From the NCBI GenBank assembly GCA_002269645.1, contig NIVC01001804.1, positions 1 through 64,000 of the forward strand: a stretch of DNA of 64,000 nucleotides. The letters are read 5' to 3'. A program made the translations under genes and the position numbers. The first letter of the stretch is position 1, and every line of letters starts with the position of its first letter. Source of the stretch: Macrostomum lignano. Taxonomy: Eukaryota. The notes below the pieces were generated by a model, which made no database searches, had not been told where the DNA came from, and was given only the letters and a program-made list of their open reading frames with translations. Shown in pieces: positions 34,401-46,271 of the stretch.

Positions 34401-37400
34401 GTTTCTCTCAGTCTCTCTGAGTGTCTCTCAGTCTCTCTGAGTGTCTCTCAGTCTCTCTGAGTGTCTCTCAGTCTCTCTGAGTTTCTCTCAGTCTCTCTGA
34501 GTGTCTCTCAGTCTCTCTGAGTGTCTCTCAGTCTCTCTGAGTGTCTCTCAGTCTCTCTGAGTGTCTCTCAGTCTCTCTGAGTCTCTCTCAGTCTCTCTGA
34601 GTTTCTCTCAGTCTCTCTGAGTTTCTCTCAGTCTCTCTGAGTGTCTCTCAGTCTCTCTGAGTCTCTCTCAGTCTCTCTGAGTCTCTCTCCGTCTCTCTGA
34701 GTTTCTCTCAGTCTCTCTGAGTCTCTCTCCGTACCTCCGAGTTTCTCTCAGTCTCTCAGAGTATCTCTCAGTCTCTCTGAGTTTCTCTCCGTCTCTCTGA
34801 GTCTCTCTCCGTCTCTCTGAGTCTCTCTCCGTCTCTCTGAGTCTCTCTCCGTCTCTCTGAGTTTCTCTCCGTCTCTCTGAGTCTCTCTCCGTCTCTCTGA
34901 GTCTCTCTCCGTCTCTCTGAGTTTCTCTCCGTCTCTCTGAGTCTCTCTCCGTCTCTCTGAGTCTCTCTCCGTCTCTCTGAGTCTCTCTCCGTCTCTCTGA
35001 GTTTCTCTCCGTCTCTCTGAGTTTCTCTCAGTTTCTCAGGGTTTCTCTCAGTCCCTCCGAGTTTCTCTCAGTCTCTGAGTTTCTCTCAGTCTCTCAAGGT
35101 TTCTCTCAGTCTCTCAGAGTTTCTCTCAGTCTCTCTGAGTTTCTCTCAGTCTGTCTGAGTTTCTCTCAGTCTCAGAGTGTCTCTCAGTCTCTCAGAGTAT
35201 CTCTCAGTCTCTCTGAGTCTCTCAGTCTCTCAGAGTTTCTCTCAGTCTCTTTAAGTTTTTCTCAGTCTCTCGAAAATGCATCATGTTTATTTTTGTTCTG
35301 TCATCATGATTCATCTCAAACTTTTCTTCCAGATTCCGGCTCCCTCATCAAGTTTTTTGTCCCAGCAGCATCATCATCATCGGCATCATCATCAGCATCA
35401 TTAGCAGCTGCAGCAGCGCACCAAATCGAAACCCTCCAGCTGTTCCCTCCGGGCAGCGGTGCCCGCATCGACAGTCTGTCCGCCGGCGCTGGTCGCCTGT
35501 TTGCCGTTTCGGACAGCGCGGGCGCCGCCGTATGGCTGGCCGAGTCGCGCTGCAATCGGCAGGCCGGCTGTGTGGCCTGCGTGGCGCTGCGGGACCCCCG
35601 CTGCAGCTGGCGGTTGGACCTGCGGGAGTGCGCGTTTGCTGCGGAGCCTGAGGGGTGAGCAGCGATTAGGGCTTGGCGTTCACCGTGACTTTAGAAGGAG
35701 GCGTTCACTGTGACTTTAGGATGCGCTCACCGTGACTTTAGAAGGAGGCGTTCACTGTGACTTTAGGATGCGCTCACCGTGACTTTAGAAGGAGGCGTTC
35801 ACTGTGACTTTAGGATGCGCTCACCGTGACTTTAGAAGGAGGCGTTCACTGTGACTTTAGGATGCGCTCACCGTGACTTTAGAAGGAGGTGTTCACTGTG
35901 ACTTTAGGATGCGCTCACCGTGATTTTAGAAGGATGCGCTCACCGGGACTTTAGGATGCGCTCACCGGGACTTTAGGATGCGCTCACCGGGACTTTAGGA
36001 TGCGCTCACCGGGACTTTAGGATGCGCTCACCAGGACTTTAGGATGCGCTCACCGGGACTTTAGGATGCGCTCACCGGGACTTTAGGATGCGCTCACCGG
36101 GACTTTAGGATGCGCTCACCGGGACTTTAGGATGCGCTCACCGGGACTGTCTGATGCGTTCACCGGGACTCTAGAATGCATTCACCGTGACTCTAGTAGG
36201 ATGCGTTCACCGTGACTTTAGGATGCGTTCACCGGGACTTTAGGATGCGTTCACCGTGACTTTAGAAGGAGGCGTTCACTGTGACTTTAGGATGCGCTCA
36301 CCGTGACTTTAGAAGGAGGCGTTCACTGTGACTTTAGGATGCGCTCACCGTGACTTTAGAAGGAGGCGTTCACTGTGACTTTAGGATGCGCTCACCGTGA
36401 CTTTAGAAGGAGGTGTTCACTGTGACTTTAGGATGCGCTCACCGTGATTTTAGAAGGATGCGCTCACCGGGACTTTAGGATGCGCTCACCGGGACTTTAG
36501 GATGCGCTCACCGGGACTTTAGGATGCGCTCACCGGGACTTTAGGATGCGCTCACCAGGACTTTAGGATGCGCTCACCGGGACTTTAGGATGCGCTCACC
36601 GGGACTTTAGGATGCGCTCACCGGGACTTTAGGATGCGCTCACCGGGACTTTAGGATGCGCTCACCGGGACTGTCTGATGCGTTCACCGGGACTCTAGAA
36701 TGCATTCACCGTGACTCTAGTAGGATGCGTTCACCGTGACTTTAGGATGCGTTCACCGGGACTTTAGGATGCGTTCACCGTGACTTTAGGAGGCGTTCAC
36801 CGTATCTGCAGGGATCTTCGATGCATTCACTGAGTTTTAGAGGCATTCACGGGCAATCAAATGTAAATAAAAGGCGACTATGCGAGATTCACAGTGATGG
36901 ATCACCGCTGGAATCTCATTAAAGCTCCAAAGCTCTTCATTTTCCAGCCTGACCAACGCGTCCTCCGGGCATCACAGCGGCTGCCCCATCAGCTCAAGAG
37001 ACCTCAACAGCCGTGAGTTGCATTCGGAATCTGCTATTATCATTAGTACACCTGTACTTTTAACTCTCCCCAATGCTCTGTCGGCTTTTAACTGCCGCAG
37101 GCCTGCCATCGCTCGCTCCGCCGACTCGGGGGGCCTCGCAGACCTCGGCGCTGCCGCCCCTCCTTGGAGCGTCTGGCGGCAGCCTGACCGACTCTGCGTC
37201 ACTCGCGGCAGCGATGAACTCCGGCGGAGTCAGCGGAGTCCCAGTCGGCAAATTCGTGGCCGCCCTCATCGCCCTGTGCCTGCTCGGCTTCTCTGCCGGC
37301 TTCTTCTTGGGCTGCTTTGTCCGGCGCCGGCGCAACCTGCGGCGGGATGTCGGCAGAGGCGGCGCTGACGGCAGCGCAGCGGAGAGGGAGAAGTGCATCG

Positions 37401-39371
37401 GCGAGGTTCCGGCCGACTGCCACGGTGCTGCGGCTGCTGCGGCTGCAGGTGAGATTGAGGCACTTGCAGCATCTAGGCTGTCAGGTTTTGTCAGGTTCAG
37501 GGCTAGTGTCAGGGCTAAAGCTAGTGTCAGGGCTAAAGCTAGTGTCAGGGCTAAAGCTAGTGTCAGGGCTAAAGCTAGTGTCAGGGCTAAAGCTAGTGTC
37601 AGGGCTAAAGCTAGTGTCAGGGCTAAAGCTAGGGTCAGGGCTAAAGCTAGTGTCAGGGCTAAAGCTAGTGTCAAGGCTAAAGCTAGTGTCAGGACTAAAG
37701 CTAGTGTCAGGGCTAAAGCGAGTGTCAGGGCTAAAACTAGTGTCAAGGCTAAAGCTAGTGTCAGGGCTAAAGCTAGTGTCAGGGCTAAAACTAGTGTCAG
37801 GGCTAAAACTAGTGTCAGGGCTAAAGCTAGGGTCAGGGCTAAAGCTAGGGTCAGGGCTAAAGCTAGTGTCAGGGCTAAAGCTAGTGTCAGGGCTAAAGCT
37901 AGTGTCAGGGCTAAAGCTAGTGTCAGGGCTAAAGCTAGTGTCAGGGCTAAAGCTAGGGTCAGGGCTAAAGCTAGGGTCAGGGCTAAAGCTAGGGTCAGGG
38001 CTAGGGTCAGGGCTAGGGTCAGGGCTAAAGCTAGTGTCAAGGCTAAAGCTAGTGTCAAGGCTAAAGCTAGTGTCAGGGCTAAAGCTAGTGTCAGGGCTAA
38101 AGCTAGGGTCAGGGCTAAAGCTAGTGTCAGGGCTAAAGCTAGTGTCAGGGCTAAAGCAAGTGTCAGGGCTAAAGCTAGTGTCAGGGCTAAAGCTAGTGTC
38201 AGGGCTAAAGCTAGTGTCAGGGCTAAAGCTAGTGTCAGGGCTAAAGCTAGTGTCAGGGCTAAAGCAAGTGTCAGGGCTAAAGCTAGTGTCAGGGCTAAAG
38301 CTAGTGTCAGGGCTAAAGCTAGTGTCAAGGCTAAAGCTAGTGTCAGGGCTAAAGCTAGTGTCAAGGCTAAAGCTAGTGTCAAGGCTAAAGCTAGTGTCAG
38401 GGCTAAAGCTAGTGTCAGGGCTAAAGCTAGTGTCAGGGCTAAAACTAGTGTCAAGGCTAAAGCTAGTGTCAGGGCTAAAGCTAGTGTCAGGGCTAAAACT
38501 AGTGTCAAGGCTAAAGCTAGTGTCAGGGCTAAAACTAGTGTCAAGGCTAAAGCTAGTGTCAGGGCTAAAACTAGTGTCAGGGCTAAAGCTAGTGTCAGGG
38601 CTAAAGCTAGTGTCAGGGCTAAAGCTAGTGTCAGGGCTAAAGCTAGTGTCAGGGCTAAAGCTAGTGTCAGGGCTAAAGCTAGTGTCAAGGCTAAAGCTAG
38701 TGTCAAGGCTAAAGCTAGTGTCAGGGCTAAAGCTAGTGTCAGGGCTAAAGCTAGTGTCAGGGCTAAAGCTAGTGTCAAGGCTAAAGCTAGTGTCAGGGCT
38801 AAAGCTAGTGTCAGGGCTAAAACTAGTGTCAGGGCTAAAGCTAGTGTCAGGGCTAAAGCTAGTGTCAGGGCTAAAGCTAGTGTCAAGGCTAAAGCTAGTG
38901 TCAGGGCTAAAGCTAGTGTCAAGGCTAAAGCTAGTGTCAAGGCTAAAGCTAGTGTCAGGGCTAAAGCTAGTGTCAGGGCTAAAGCTAGTGTCAGGGCTAA
39001 AGCTAGTATCAGTTTCCTCAGCAGTTGAGCGCCCGTCCTCTCACCCGCCATTACTTTTCCCCGCCGCAGGCGACGTGCCGCTGCGGCTCCGCCGGTCCCA
39101 GCACGGAGAGCGCAGCCACCAGGCAGTGTCAAACGAGTACACGGAGCACCCGCCGCAGGCAGTGGCCTCCTACGCCACCCCGCCAGCGGTCCCAGCCGTG
39201 ATGAGGATCGTCAGCAGCCACTCGTCGGCTCTGGACAGCTGGCAGAGCTGCAGCGCCGATGTGCCCGCCATCGATGATGTTGACGAGGACGAGGAAGAGA
39301 ACTCCGGGATGCACACTCGGCGCGGTCAGCCGATCGGAGACCATCGAGACAATGACTGGAGACACATCTAG
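22468..39371 (+). CDS. Divergent transmembrane semaphorin (signal peptide-Sema-PSI-TM-cytoplasmic tail; class 1/6-like architecture), 10 exons, ~811 aa
   Basis: Predicted exons: 22468-22585, 22659-22749, 22839-23100, 23394-23738, 24409-24550, 32447-32887, 35333-35654, 36948-37012, 37101-37448, 39070-39371, with consistent phases. Signal peptide MHYKIIIIFSLIVLLTIWSATSS. Sema motifs YYLGGFNALYRVS, NSPHDP, KLYALFVEEAFE, RLARICLNDPGG, FFKLRLIC, TFYGLFS, ALCRFTL, RPRPTLC. PSI CNRQAGCVACVALRDPRCSW...C. TM FVAALIALCLLGFSAGFFLGCFV followed by RRRR. The donor at 32887 is the weakest call. Confidence 0.85.
23129..23335 (+). mobile_element. tRNA-derived CORE-type SINE in semaphorin intron 3
   Basis: tRNA-like head with A box TAGCATAGTGG (23136-23146) and B box GGTTCGATTCC (23180-23190). 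It is followed by gtgtccttgagcaagacactcaactc...cttcagttcacccagctgtaaaatggg, which resembles the MIR/CORE consensus as I recall it. Confidence 0.75.
23745..24380. repeat. 28-bp minisatellite filling semaphorin intron 4
   Basis: Unit gcattagccccacctgactgagtgagta. Confidence 0.92.
24615..26135. repeat. 25-bp minisatellite (~60 copies) with higher-order structure
   Basis: Unit ctcgccttagactcgcccttgacat; variant units (ggtaccttgcc, ctcactcttggc) recur periodically. Confidence 0.92.
26540..28060 (-). CDS. Candidate nested antisense gene (three phase-compatible exons), unknown product
   Basis: Putative exons 28060-27897, 26949-26689, 26623-26540 with GT-AG boundaries and matching phases; no recognisable domain; 5' end not found. 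Confidence 0.3.
27165..27540. repeat. ~44-bp CT-rich minisatellite
   Basis: Unit ctctatctatatctaatctcacttccctctcttctcctctccca. Confidence 0.8.
28250..29612. repeat. 16-bp minisatellite
   Basis: Unit agcttgtgactttatg with atcttg and ggtttt variants. Confidence 0.92.
30195..30930. repeat. 31-bp minisatellite
   Basis: Unit tctcagcctatctatgatttctcaatctacc. Confidence 0.92.
31895..32378. repeat. 22-bp minisatellite
   Basis: Unit agttccattccaggaatcaccc. Confidence 0.9.
32905..33270. repeat. 21/42-bp minisatellite just after semaphorin exon 6
   Basis: Unit gcgggatctgctggttgctatgtggattctgtttgttactat; it explains the spurious MRDLLVAMWILFVT tail of ORF 32461-33309. Confidence 0.88.
33765..35270. 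repeat. 20-bp satellite
   Basis: Unit gagtgtctctcagtctctct. Confidence 0.92.
35680..36800. repeat. ~21/45-bp minisatellite with a ~520-bp higher-order duplication
   Basis: ttaggatgcgctcaccgggact units; the diagnostic variant ctgtctgatgcgttcaccgggactctagaatgcatt occurs at ~36147 and ~36670. Confidence 0.88.
37495..39008. repeat. 18-bp minisatellite (~80 copies) filling the last semaphorin intron
   Basis: Unit gctagtgtcagggctaaa; source of the three spurious 650-690 aa ORFs. Confidence 0.95.
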
Positions 39372-40307
39372 ATGGCGCGCTTTTCTTGGTCACTGTTGGC
39401 CAACTGGTGCATAAGAAGCGAATCCCCAATCCCCAATCTGCTGTCTGCTTTGCTAATTTTATCGCTCACGATATGCTTCTTGCCTTGCCATCAAAGTTAA
39501 TATTTCAAAGCCTTGGAGAACTTTTCACTGCAGCTGCCCTGCAACAGCTGATCTGCTTTTAGCTGACTGGCTATTCATTGTAGGTCAAAATCAATATTGA
39601 CAAATGGATAGATTTTTAATCATTTTACGTGCTAATCATACTACTTGCTTACGTTGCTGCTAGATAGTAGTATGTCAGATTTTTTCTGTGCAATCCGATT
39701 CTTGACTGAAATTTGTTAATTAAACCTTATTTTTTAAAAAGCGATTCTCTGTTAAACTTTTTTATGTTTAAAAAGCACAATCAGAAGTTTAGGACCAAAT
39801 TGTTTAATTTAGCATAAACTGTTTATCGGTCAATATTTTTTTAATATTTTTTCTTATAAATGTATTTTTATATAATGTGAGTATTCACCATATTTACTAC
39901 TGGTCGGTAAGGTTTAAGTAGTAGCAAATATTTATATCAATGAATAAATTGCCAGCTTGTAAATCTGGGCTTTTACTCTATTTGAGAGATCAGAAGAGAG
40001 AAAATATACTTCCTATATATTATACTTTTCACTATTTTCTTGAAAGATTTTAATTCAACCGGATAATCGTTTGCGGAGGGCGTTGGCAAGCAAGTCTGCT
40101 GTCATGGAATTCGCCAAGTTTAAACAAAAAAATCTTTGATCTACGAACTTTTTGCACATTTTTTGGCGAAATGCTCGCTAATTGAGCAGCAAATTGTAAC
40201 AAATTGCGTCAATTCAAAAATGTATCAACTTGGCTGTAGCTGCGACATGTTATAAAACAGGTAATTGCTCAGTTAACTGAATGAATCCAGCATTGAAGAA
40301 GCACAGC

Positions 40308-40955
40308 ATGGCTTTAGTCAACTCTGCTATTCTCGGTCTCTGCTTGCTGAGCGTCCTGCTCAGTTTCGTTCCAGCAGGTCGCGCATGCTTTGGCAAATCT
40401 CCCAGCTTCAAGGCTACTTACCGCACTACCTTTGATCGCTCTAATCCCCGGACAGAGATGAACTTGAACAGCATCATCAAGAAAACATTGATGCCAGCAA
40501 TGAGCAGCTGGCTTCGCTGCTGTATGCAAATGTCAGCAGAGATTTTCCCGGTAGTCACGTCATCGTGCTCGTCTACAACCCCATCGGCGGCGTGTCGAAG
40601 CACGAAAATCTGTTCTGCCCGTTTCAGCTGCACCTGACTCGCTATCGGGCTGAAGGGAAGAAGAACATTCATATTCAGTTGTCGAAAAACAGCGTCTTCA
40701 ATGCTGCCAGATGCTCAGAAGTGGATGTCCAGGCTGTGCCCTGCGGTGGACTTCTGCGGGGCTGTGAAGCTGGCTTCGGTCATAGACTATCGGACCAGCG
40801 ACCTGGCTTACAAGGCCAGTCCAGGCTCTCTGGCCATCGATGTGGGCTATCACGTCTACACGAGCTACGGAGTCATGGGGCAGTCATTCAGGATTGACAA
40901 GAGGCAGACTTGGCGTATTGAAAAGCCTGTTCAGCACATTCTTTTGTTTGGGTAG
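40308..40955 (+). pseudogene. Single-exon small secreted protein (~215 aa) with two compensating frameshifts (pseudogene or assembly error)
   Basis: Signal peptide MALVNSAILGLCLLSVLLSFVPAGRA. The protein-like reading moves to another frame at the A-run near 40483 (KK/NIDASNEQLASLLYANVSRDFPGSHVIVLVYNPIGGVSKH...KNSVFNAA) and returns near 40710 (DAQKWMSRLCPAVDFCGAVKLASVIDY...HILLFG*). Confidence 0.55.
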
Positions 40956-41579
40956 CCGGAATGTCCTGATCAACTAAAGCTTGAATTATACTGAAGTTCA
41001 CTGACTGGCTAATCAAAAGCTTTTAAATCAAAAAATATACAAGACATCTTTGGTGACATGGTTTTCCAACTCTTGTTGCATTTGAATTTGTTAGCGCGGC
41101 TCTGAAAAGAAAATACAATTTCATCAGCAAATCTCCACTTGTCTCCTCTCTGAAACCGCCCTAGAGGACCTGTTTCTCAAACTTAGCAGATCTTGTCTCT
41201 TTGCCATTCTTAGCAGATCTTCTCAATCTGCTCGGTTCCTTTAGGATCTTCTAAGATGGGATGTACATTTGTTTTGTTATTCATTTGGCTAAAGTGTCCT
41301 AGCTGAAATATATTTTATTTTATGACAAAATGGGAAAATAAATTTAGGAAAATATGCGATTCGAAGCTATAAAAAGATAATGGGCTCTCGGTGGTTGGGC
41401 GCTGAGCTGTGGAATTTTTCGTGCCGCGTTTCTTCAATGCAGTTCACGATCTGCTCCCCCATTTGCCTTGCTCTCACTCTGTGCCAAGCTTTTGTTTTGT
41501 TGCTCATCCCAGCAGCCTAGAATCGTGAAACCATGGAAAGCACCGCCTCTCTCTCTTGTCTCTCGTATCTCCCACGGAC

Positions 41580-41840
41580 CACTTGGTATCTCCCAGACGT
41601 ATCCCTAAACGTCTGATCGCGTACCTCCAGCTGTAGTTCCGAAGTGCTCATCAAGGAGTCACCAAGCAACCAATCCGGTTTATTTTGAGATGCGCAGGTT
41701 TTTCAGCGGCGATTAAACTTAAAGTTTAGAACAAATTTATTGTTTAAATATTTTTCTATTAACTACGAGCGTATTGAACTTTAAATAAAATCAATCACAG
41801 TTAGAAACTTTACGGAAACAATAAATAATATAAAATATAG
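41580..41840 (+). repeat. Interspersed repeat related to 62340-62600
   Basis: Shared tgctcatcaaggagt(c/g)accaagca core followed by tttcag(c/t)ggcga and an AT-rich tract. Confidence 0.4.
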
Positions 41841-42939
41841 ATAATCAAATAGGGTTAAGGCAGATCAACCTGAGTATAGATATCGCTTGAGCTGAAGAGC
41901 AAAAAAACAAAAACTGCGTTTGCGGCGCAAAGAGGGAGCAAAAATCGAATAAATAATCCAGAAAAGCACGTACAGGTATCGGGTTCGTCTTTGATCTGAA
42001 TTGGAAATCCTGTAAAGATAAAAAATTAGCGGCTAGATTATCTGAGACCATCAGAACGGTCTGATCTAAAGAGGGCACGGCAACACAAAACACGGCACAG
42101 AAAAATTTCGGCTGCTTGGATACGAGAAACTGGAGCAGTGCTTCAGCAACAAAACGATTGTTTGTCAAAGGCAAAACATCTTGATTACAAAGCTTTAGAT
42201 AATTTTTCTGGCTACTGGGCACCACATGGTCACTATATGCAGTTCGATATCATTCAATTCAGCCACTTGTTAAGTTTTCACCCTGACGAAACCAGCGGTC
42301 AATATTTCTCAGATCTCAGCCCCGAGTGACGCAATTGACACCACTCAAGCGGTTCTCCTCTGAACTGTGGGTGATGCAATTGGCGTCACATGGAGAATTT
42401 AATCACAGAAAGGTTTTGCTTCACAAATCAAAGCATCATTTTACCTTCAATTTCATTCGAACTGGAATTCACTTTATTAGACAATCGGAAGCTTAACTTC
42501 GACACTTATAGCTCTGTAAATGTAAATCTTCATTCATTTTAGAAAAGCCACTTTTCAATATGAACTCCAATTCATATCGGACAATCTGTTGACGCAACTT
42601 ATATAAACTCTGATTCACTTTCAATTTTGTCTTTTTAGTGCGTTAGAGTTTTTCAGAGCCAACAACTTATAGGCTTTCTTCCTAATAGAAATTTGTGTCT
42701 GCTGTCGATATTGAAAACGAGTTTGTCCAGAATGAATAGAGATTTACATGTACAGAGCTATAAGTGTCGAAGTTAAGCTTCCGATTGTCTAAAATAAATT
42801 GTAGTTTGAAGGAAATTGAACTTAAAATGGTGTCATGTACTCTCAGTTCTCAGACTTTATAAACTTGTTCTGGGTGGAAACTCTAACATGTTGCTGAGTG
42901 TACATATACATAGCGTCTCAGAAACCGCTAAAAAATTGT

Positions 42940-44817
42940 TCAGAAGCCTCTAAGCTTGTGAGCTCTTTCCGGATCGAAGCTGACTTGGCGTGAAAGCTGG
43001 TCAACTTTCTGTGGCACAACACGATACAGGCTGTTTCTCATCCAAACAGGGTTCCTCTGCAAGTGGTCGCTCACATTTGTCATGATAGTACTGAGGTCGA
43101 GCTCACGGAAGTTTTTCTCGATGAAATCGCAAACAGTCTGCACGTACAGCGAACCCGTGTTGATGCTTCTAAAGGCGACTGAGCCTGGACTGTTGGCGTA
43201 GCAGACCAGAAAGTCGCTCTCTGGGGTACAGACTGTGAGGTTGTACCTTGTTTCCTCTCGCGAATAGGAAGCAAAAGTTCGATCCTGGCGGCTTCCGCGA
43301 CCGGCCTGAATGAAGAACACCTTTGGCTTTCCTTCTAGGCTTCGGCAGACAGAGGTCTGTGATGCGATGGTAGTGGCGGTAAAGTCTTCAGCCTTTCAAT
43401 AGTGAATTCCAGTCTAGTCCAGACTTTTGCAAATGCGAGAAACCAATTCTTTTTCAGACAATATTACACTTTGTTTCAATATCATACTCGTACATTTCTA
43501 TACGGAGCTATTTGAATAACCCTATTATTGCATATATCTAGTAACCATAATAGAAGCTAAGCATGTATTTTTGGCTTACCTGAAACCTTTCGATCACTTT
43601 TCGAATTTCGTAGGGACACCCGTCCCTACCGTAGATGCAGTCGTGGCTGCCGTGCGCCATCAGGAAGCAGACAAAGCTGCCGTGCTTGGCAAGGTCTCGT
43701 GACTTTTTAATCTCACTGAGGAAATCATCCAACTGCTCAGTAGTAAGGTCTTTTTTTATCTTGACGATGAAGCGCAGCCTCTCGAATACCCGTTTCGCTT
43801 GTTCAACATCATGATCAGAACCCTTACGCTCTGTAATACTGAATGTGATGTCACTTCCGGACTCGTACCTGCTGATGTTGATGATGAGGCAGTAGCCTTG
43901 CGGGTCCGTCACTGGATAGAAGTCTCCGTCGAGCCTGGAATGCAGCAGACGCTCAATATACTCGTAATTTTTTATACTGACAACAAAAACATAAATTATG
44001 TAGTAGCACCTTGGTGGTTGATGTCGAACTATTTTGGCTCGCATAGCTCCGCTGAGGTTTCTAAAAAGTTTTTTTTCATTGTCAAAAGGAAATTTATTTG
44101 AACTATTCAATGAGTGAATATTTGTTAGCAGTTTTCACTGGACAAATAAAGTAACATCGACTCACAAATCTGCTTCCTCCGCTTTATCATCTCTTGGTTC
44201 TTCCGAATGGTCCGTGACAATTTTTCGCCTAAAATGGTCAAAAAGCTTTGTAGTCTATTAGCTATGCTTTCAGAAGCTGTGTGTGCTGTAGCTGTGTGCT
44301 GTAGCTGTGTGTGCTGTAGCTGTGTGCTGTAGCTGTGTGTGCTGTAGCTGTGTGTGCTGTAGCTGTGTGTGCTGTAGCTGTGTGCTGTAGCTGTGTGTGC
44401 TGTAGCTGTGTGCTGTAGCTGTGTGTGCTGTAGCTGTGTGTGCTGTAGCTGTGTGTGCTGTAGCTGTGTGCTGTAGCTGTGTGTGCTGTAGCTGTGTGCT
44501 GTAGCTGTGTGTGCTGTAGCTGTGTGCTGTAGCTGTGTGTGCTGTAGCTGTGTGCTGTAGCTGTGTGTGCTGTAGCTGTGTGCTGTAGCTGTGTGTGCTG
44601 TAGCTGTGAGCTGTAGCTGTGTGTACTGTAGCTGTGTGTGCTGTAGCTGTGTGTGCTGTAGCTGTGGGTGCTGTAGCTGTGTGTGCTGTAGCTGTGTGTG
44701 CTGTGCTGTAGATGCGTGCTGTAGCTATGTGCTGTAGCTGTGTATGCTGTAGCTGTGTGTCCTGAAGGAACTCACGGCAGTGCCAGAGGCTCGTTGAAGT
44801 AAATCTTGCCTTCGTAA
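42940..44817 (-). CDS. Caspase-family protein (peptidase C14A) with the catalytic Cys replaced by Gly; 5' end unresolved
   Basis: Exon ~43935-43580 encodes FYPVTDPQGYCLIIN...RKGSDHD...FVCFLMAHGSHDCIYGRDG. Exon 43356-42940 encodes SLEGKPKVFFIQAGRGS...ESDFLVCYANSPGSVAFRSINTGSLYVQ. Small phase-compatible upstream exons lie at ~44104-44010, 44228-44166 and 44817-44776. Confidence 0.85.
44275..44760. repeat. 13-15 bp minisatellite in a caspase intron
   Basis: Unit tgtagctgtgtgtgc. Confidence 0.9.
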
Positions 44818-45589
44818 CTAAAATTGCAGAGTGGAGTCTGAAGTCAGGGGAATAGAGGATGAGCGCCCTTGCTCCATGCTTCACTCTATGTTTTATCGAT
44901 CTTCATTCTGTTTAACTGTCGAGCTTGCAACTTTCCAATTCTTTACCGTAATAATACAGAAAAGTACTACAAAAACTGCCCCATTTTACGAGCGTAAGTT
45001 AAAACTATTTTTTCACAGCAAAATGCTTGCTGCGCTGAAGTCTCACCATAGACCGTATATTCCATGGGCCACTCACTATTAAAACTACTCGTATGTAAAA
45101 ATTAAACCACTTTAAAGCTCACTTTCAGGGAGGTTAATGACATAGATTTTATTTTCGGGATTTAATCGATCACTTTCCCGGACATATTGCAAGGATTATT
45201 GTATGTACCTAAATAAGCGAGCTTCTCTCTTCTCTTCCTTCGTGACTCGAGAAATTTCTTAATGAAATTTTGTCTATGGTAAGAATGTGGGGGCTTCGCC
45301 TCTACACCCCCAGCAGGGGCTTCGCCCCCACACCCCAATCCCCAACTTCAACCATAGACATACAAGTACCCCGAAAAAAGCTGGAAAAATCTTTAGGCCG
45401 ACCACAGTCGCTGAAAGTTTAAGTTCAGTAGCTGAGGGACATAGAAAGTATTTTTGCAATGGAGAAGAAATATAAATTTATTTCAGTTGCACGAAGATAC
45501 AGAAACTTCACAACCGCTAAAAAGACTGCCGTATATGAAAGTAAGTGAAAAAATTTGACACTTTTCTGTAAAAGCGGCAAACCTTTTAG

Positions 45590-46271
45590 GCAGACTTGAA
45601 TATGCCTCTGCTTCTGCTTCTTGGAAACTCAGAACTTTGTGGTCCTTGACGATGAGTTTTCCGATGACAGCTTGGTTGCCGAGACAGCAGTTTAGGTCAC
45701 GCAAGCGCTAATCTTTAATCAAGAACTAACAGAAGCCTTTAGTTGTTGGCACCATGATCTCACGCAGGGCCGTCTGGAGGTCATTGAACGACTTGCTTCC
45801 AGGTTTGTCTGGCGCCGCGCTATCTGCCGATTTTTCGTATAGAGCCGGCGACAGTCGCAGCAGCAAGACTTGAGCTCGTGCGGCTGGATCCCAGTTGAAC
45901 AATGCGGCTCCAATCTCAAAGCCAACGATCCAAATTGGCCGTCTCCTCGAGTCTTCCAACCTCAGACATGCCCGACGTTGGACTCCACTTTGGGTGACGC
46001 TCTGGTTATCACTCGGAGTTGCTCGTGACTGGGGGCTGCTTGAAGACACTGCTCCATTGCGGCTTGCAGAAATTGTAGCCGAATTGGTCCTTGCCTGTGC
46101 AAAAGACTTTGTTGGATCCCCTGCTGTCTTGGCTGGCTCCTTGCTCATTGCGTCAGGTTAGAATCGCTGCGACGCCAATACTACTACTGAGGCTGTGTTT
46201 ATTTGAGTTGCAGCTCGCAGCCGATAAACTACGTATATTTCTGCTCAGCCGTAGGCCGTGCTCCAGAGCTT
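45590..46271 (-). mobile_element. Truncated Ty3/Gypsy (Mag-like) LTR retrotransposon remnant: partial 5' LTR, PBS and frameshifted gag
   Basis: On the minus strand an AATAAA-containing LTR end is followed by PBS TGGCGTCGCAGCG (46177-46165) and an ATG at 46148. The translation ...WIVGFE...QVLLLRLSPALYEK...PDKPGSKSFNDLQTALREIMVP, then in another frame LRDLNCCLGNQAVIGKLIVKDHKVLSFQEA, resembles Gypsy gag. Confidence 0.65.

Noticed and set aside
37060-39371. Three 650-690 aa ORFs (LALALT / ASVRAK / LKLVSG repeats)
   Set aside because: They are read-through of an 18-bp stop-free minisatellite. Only 37101-37448 and 39070-39371 are exons, bounded by splice sites in phase.
41845-42330. Minus-strand 126-aa ORF downstream of the caspase
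   Set aside because: No recognisable motif or splice support; it may be a decayed repeat or gene fragment.
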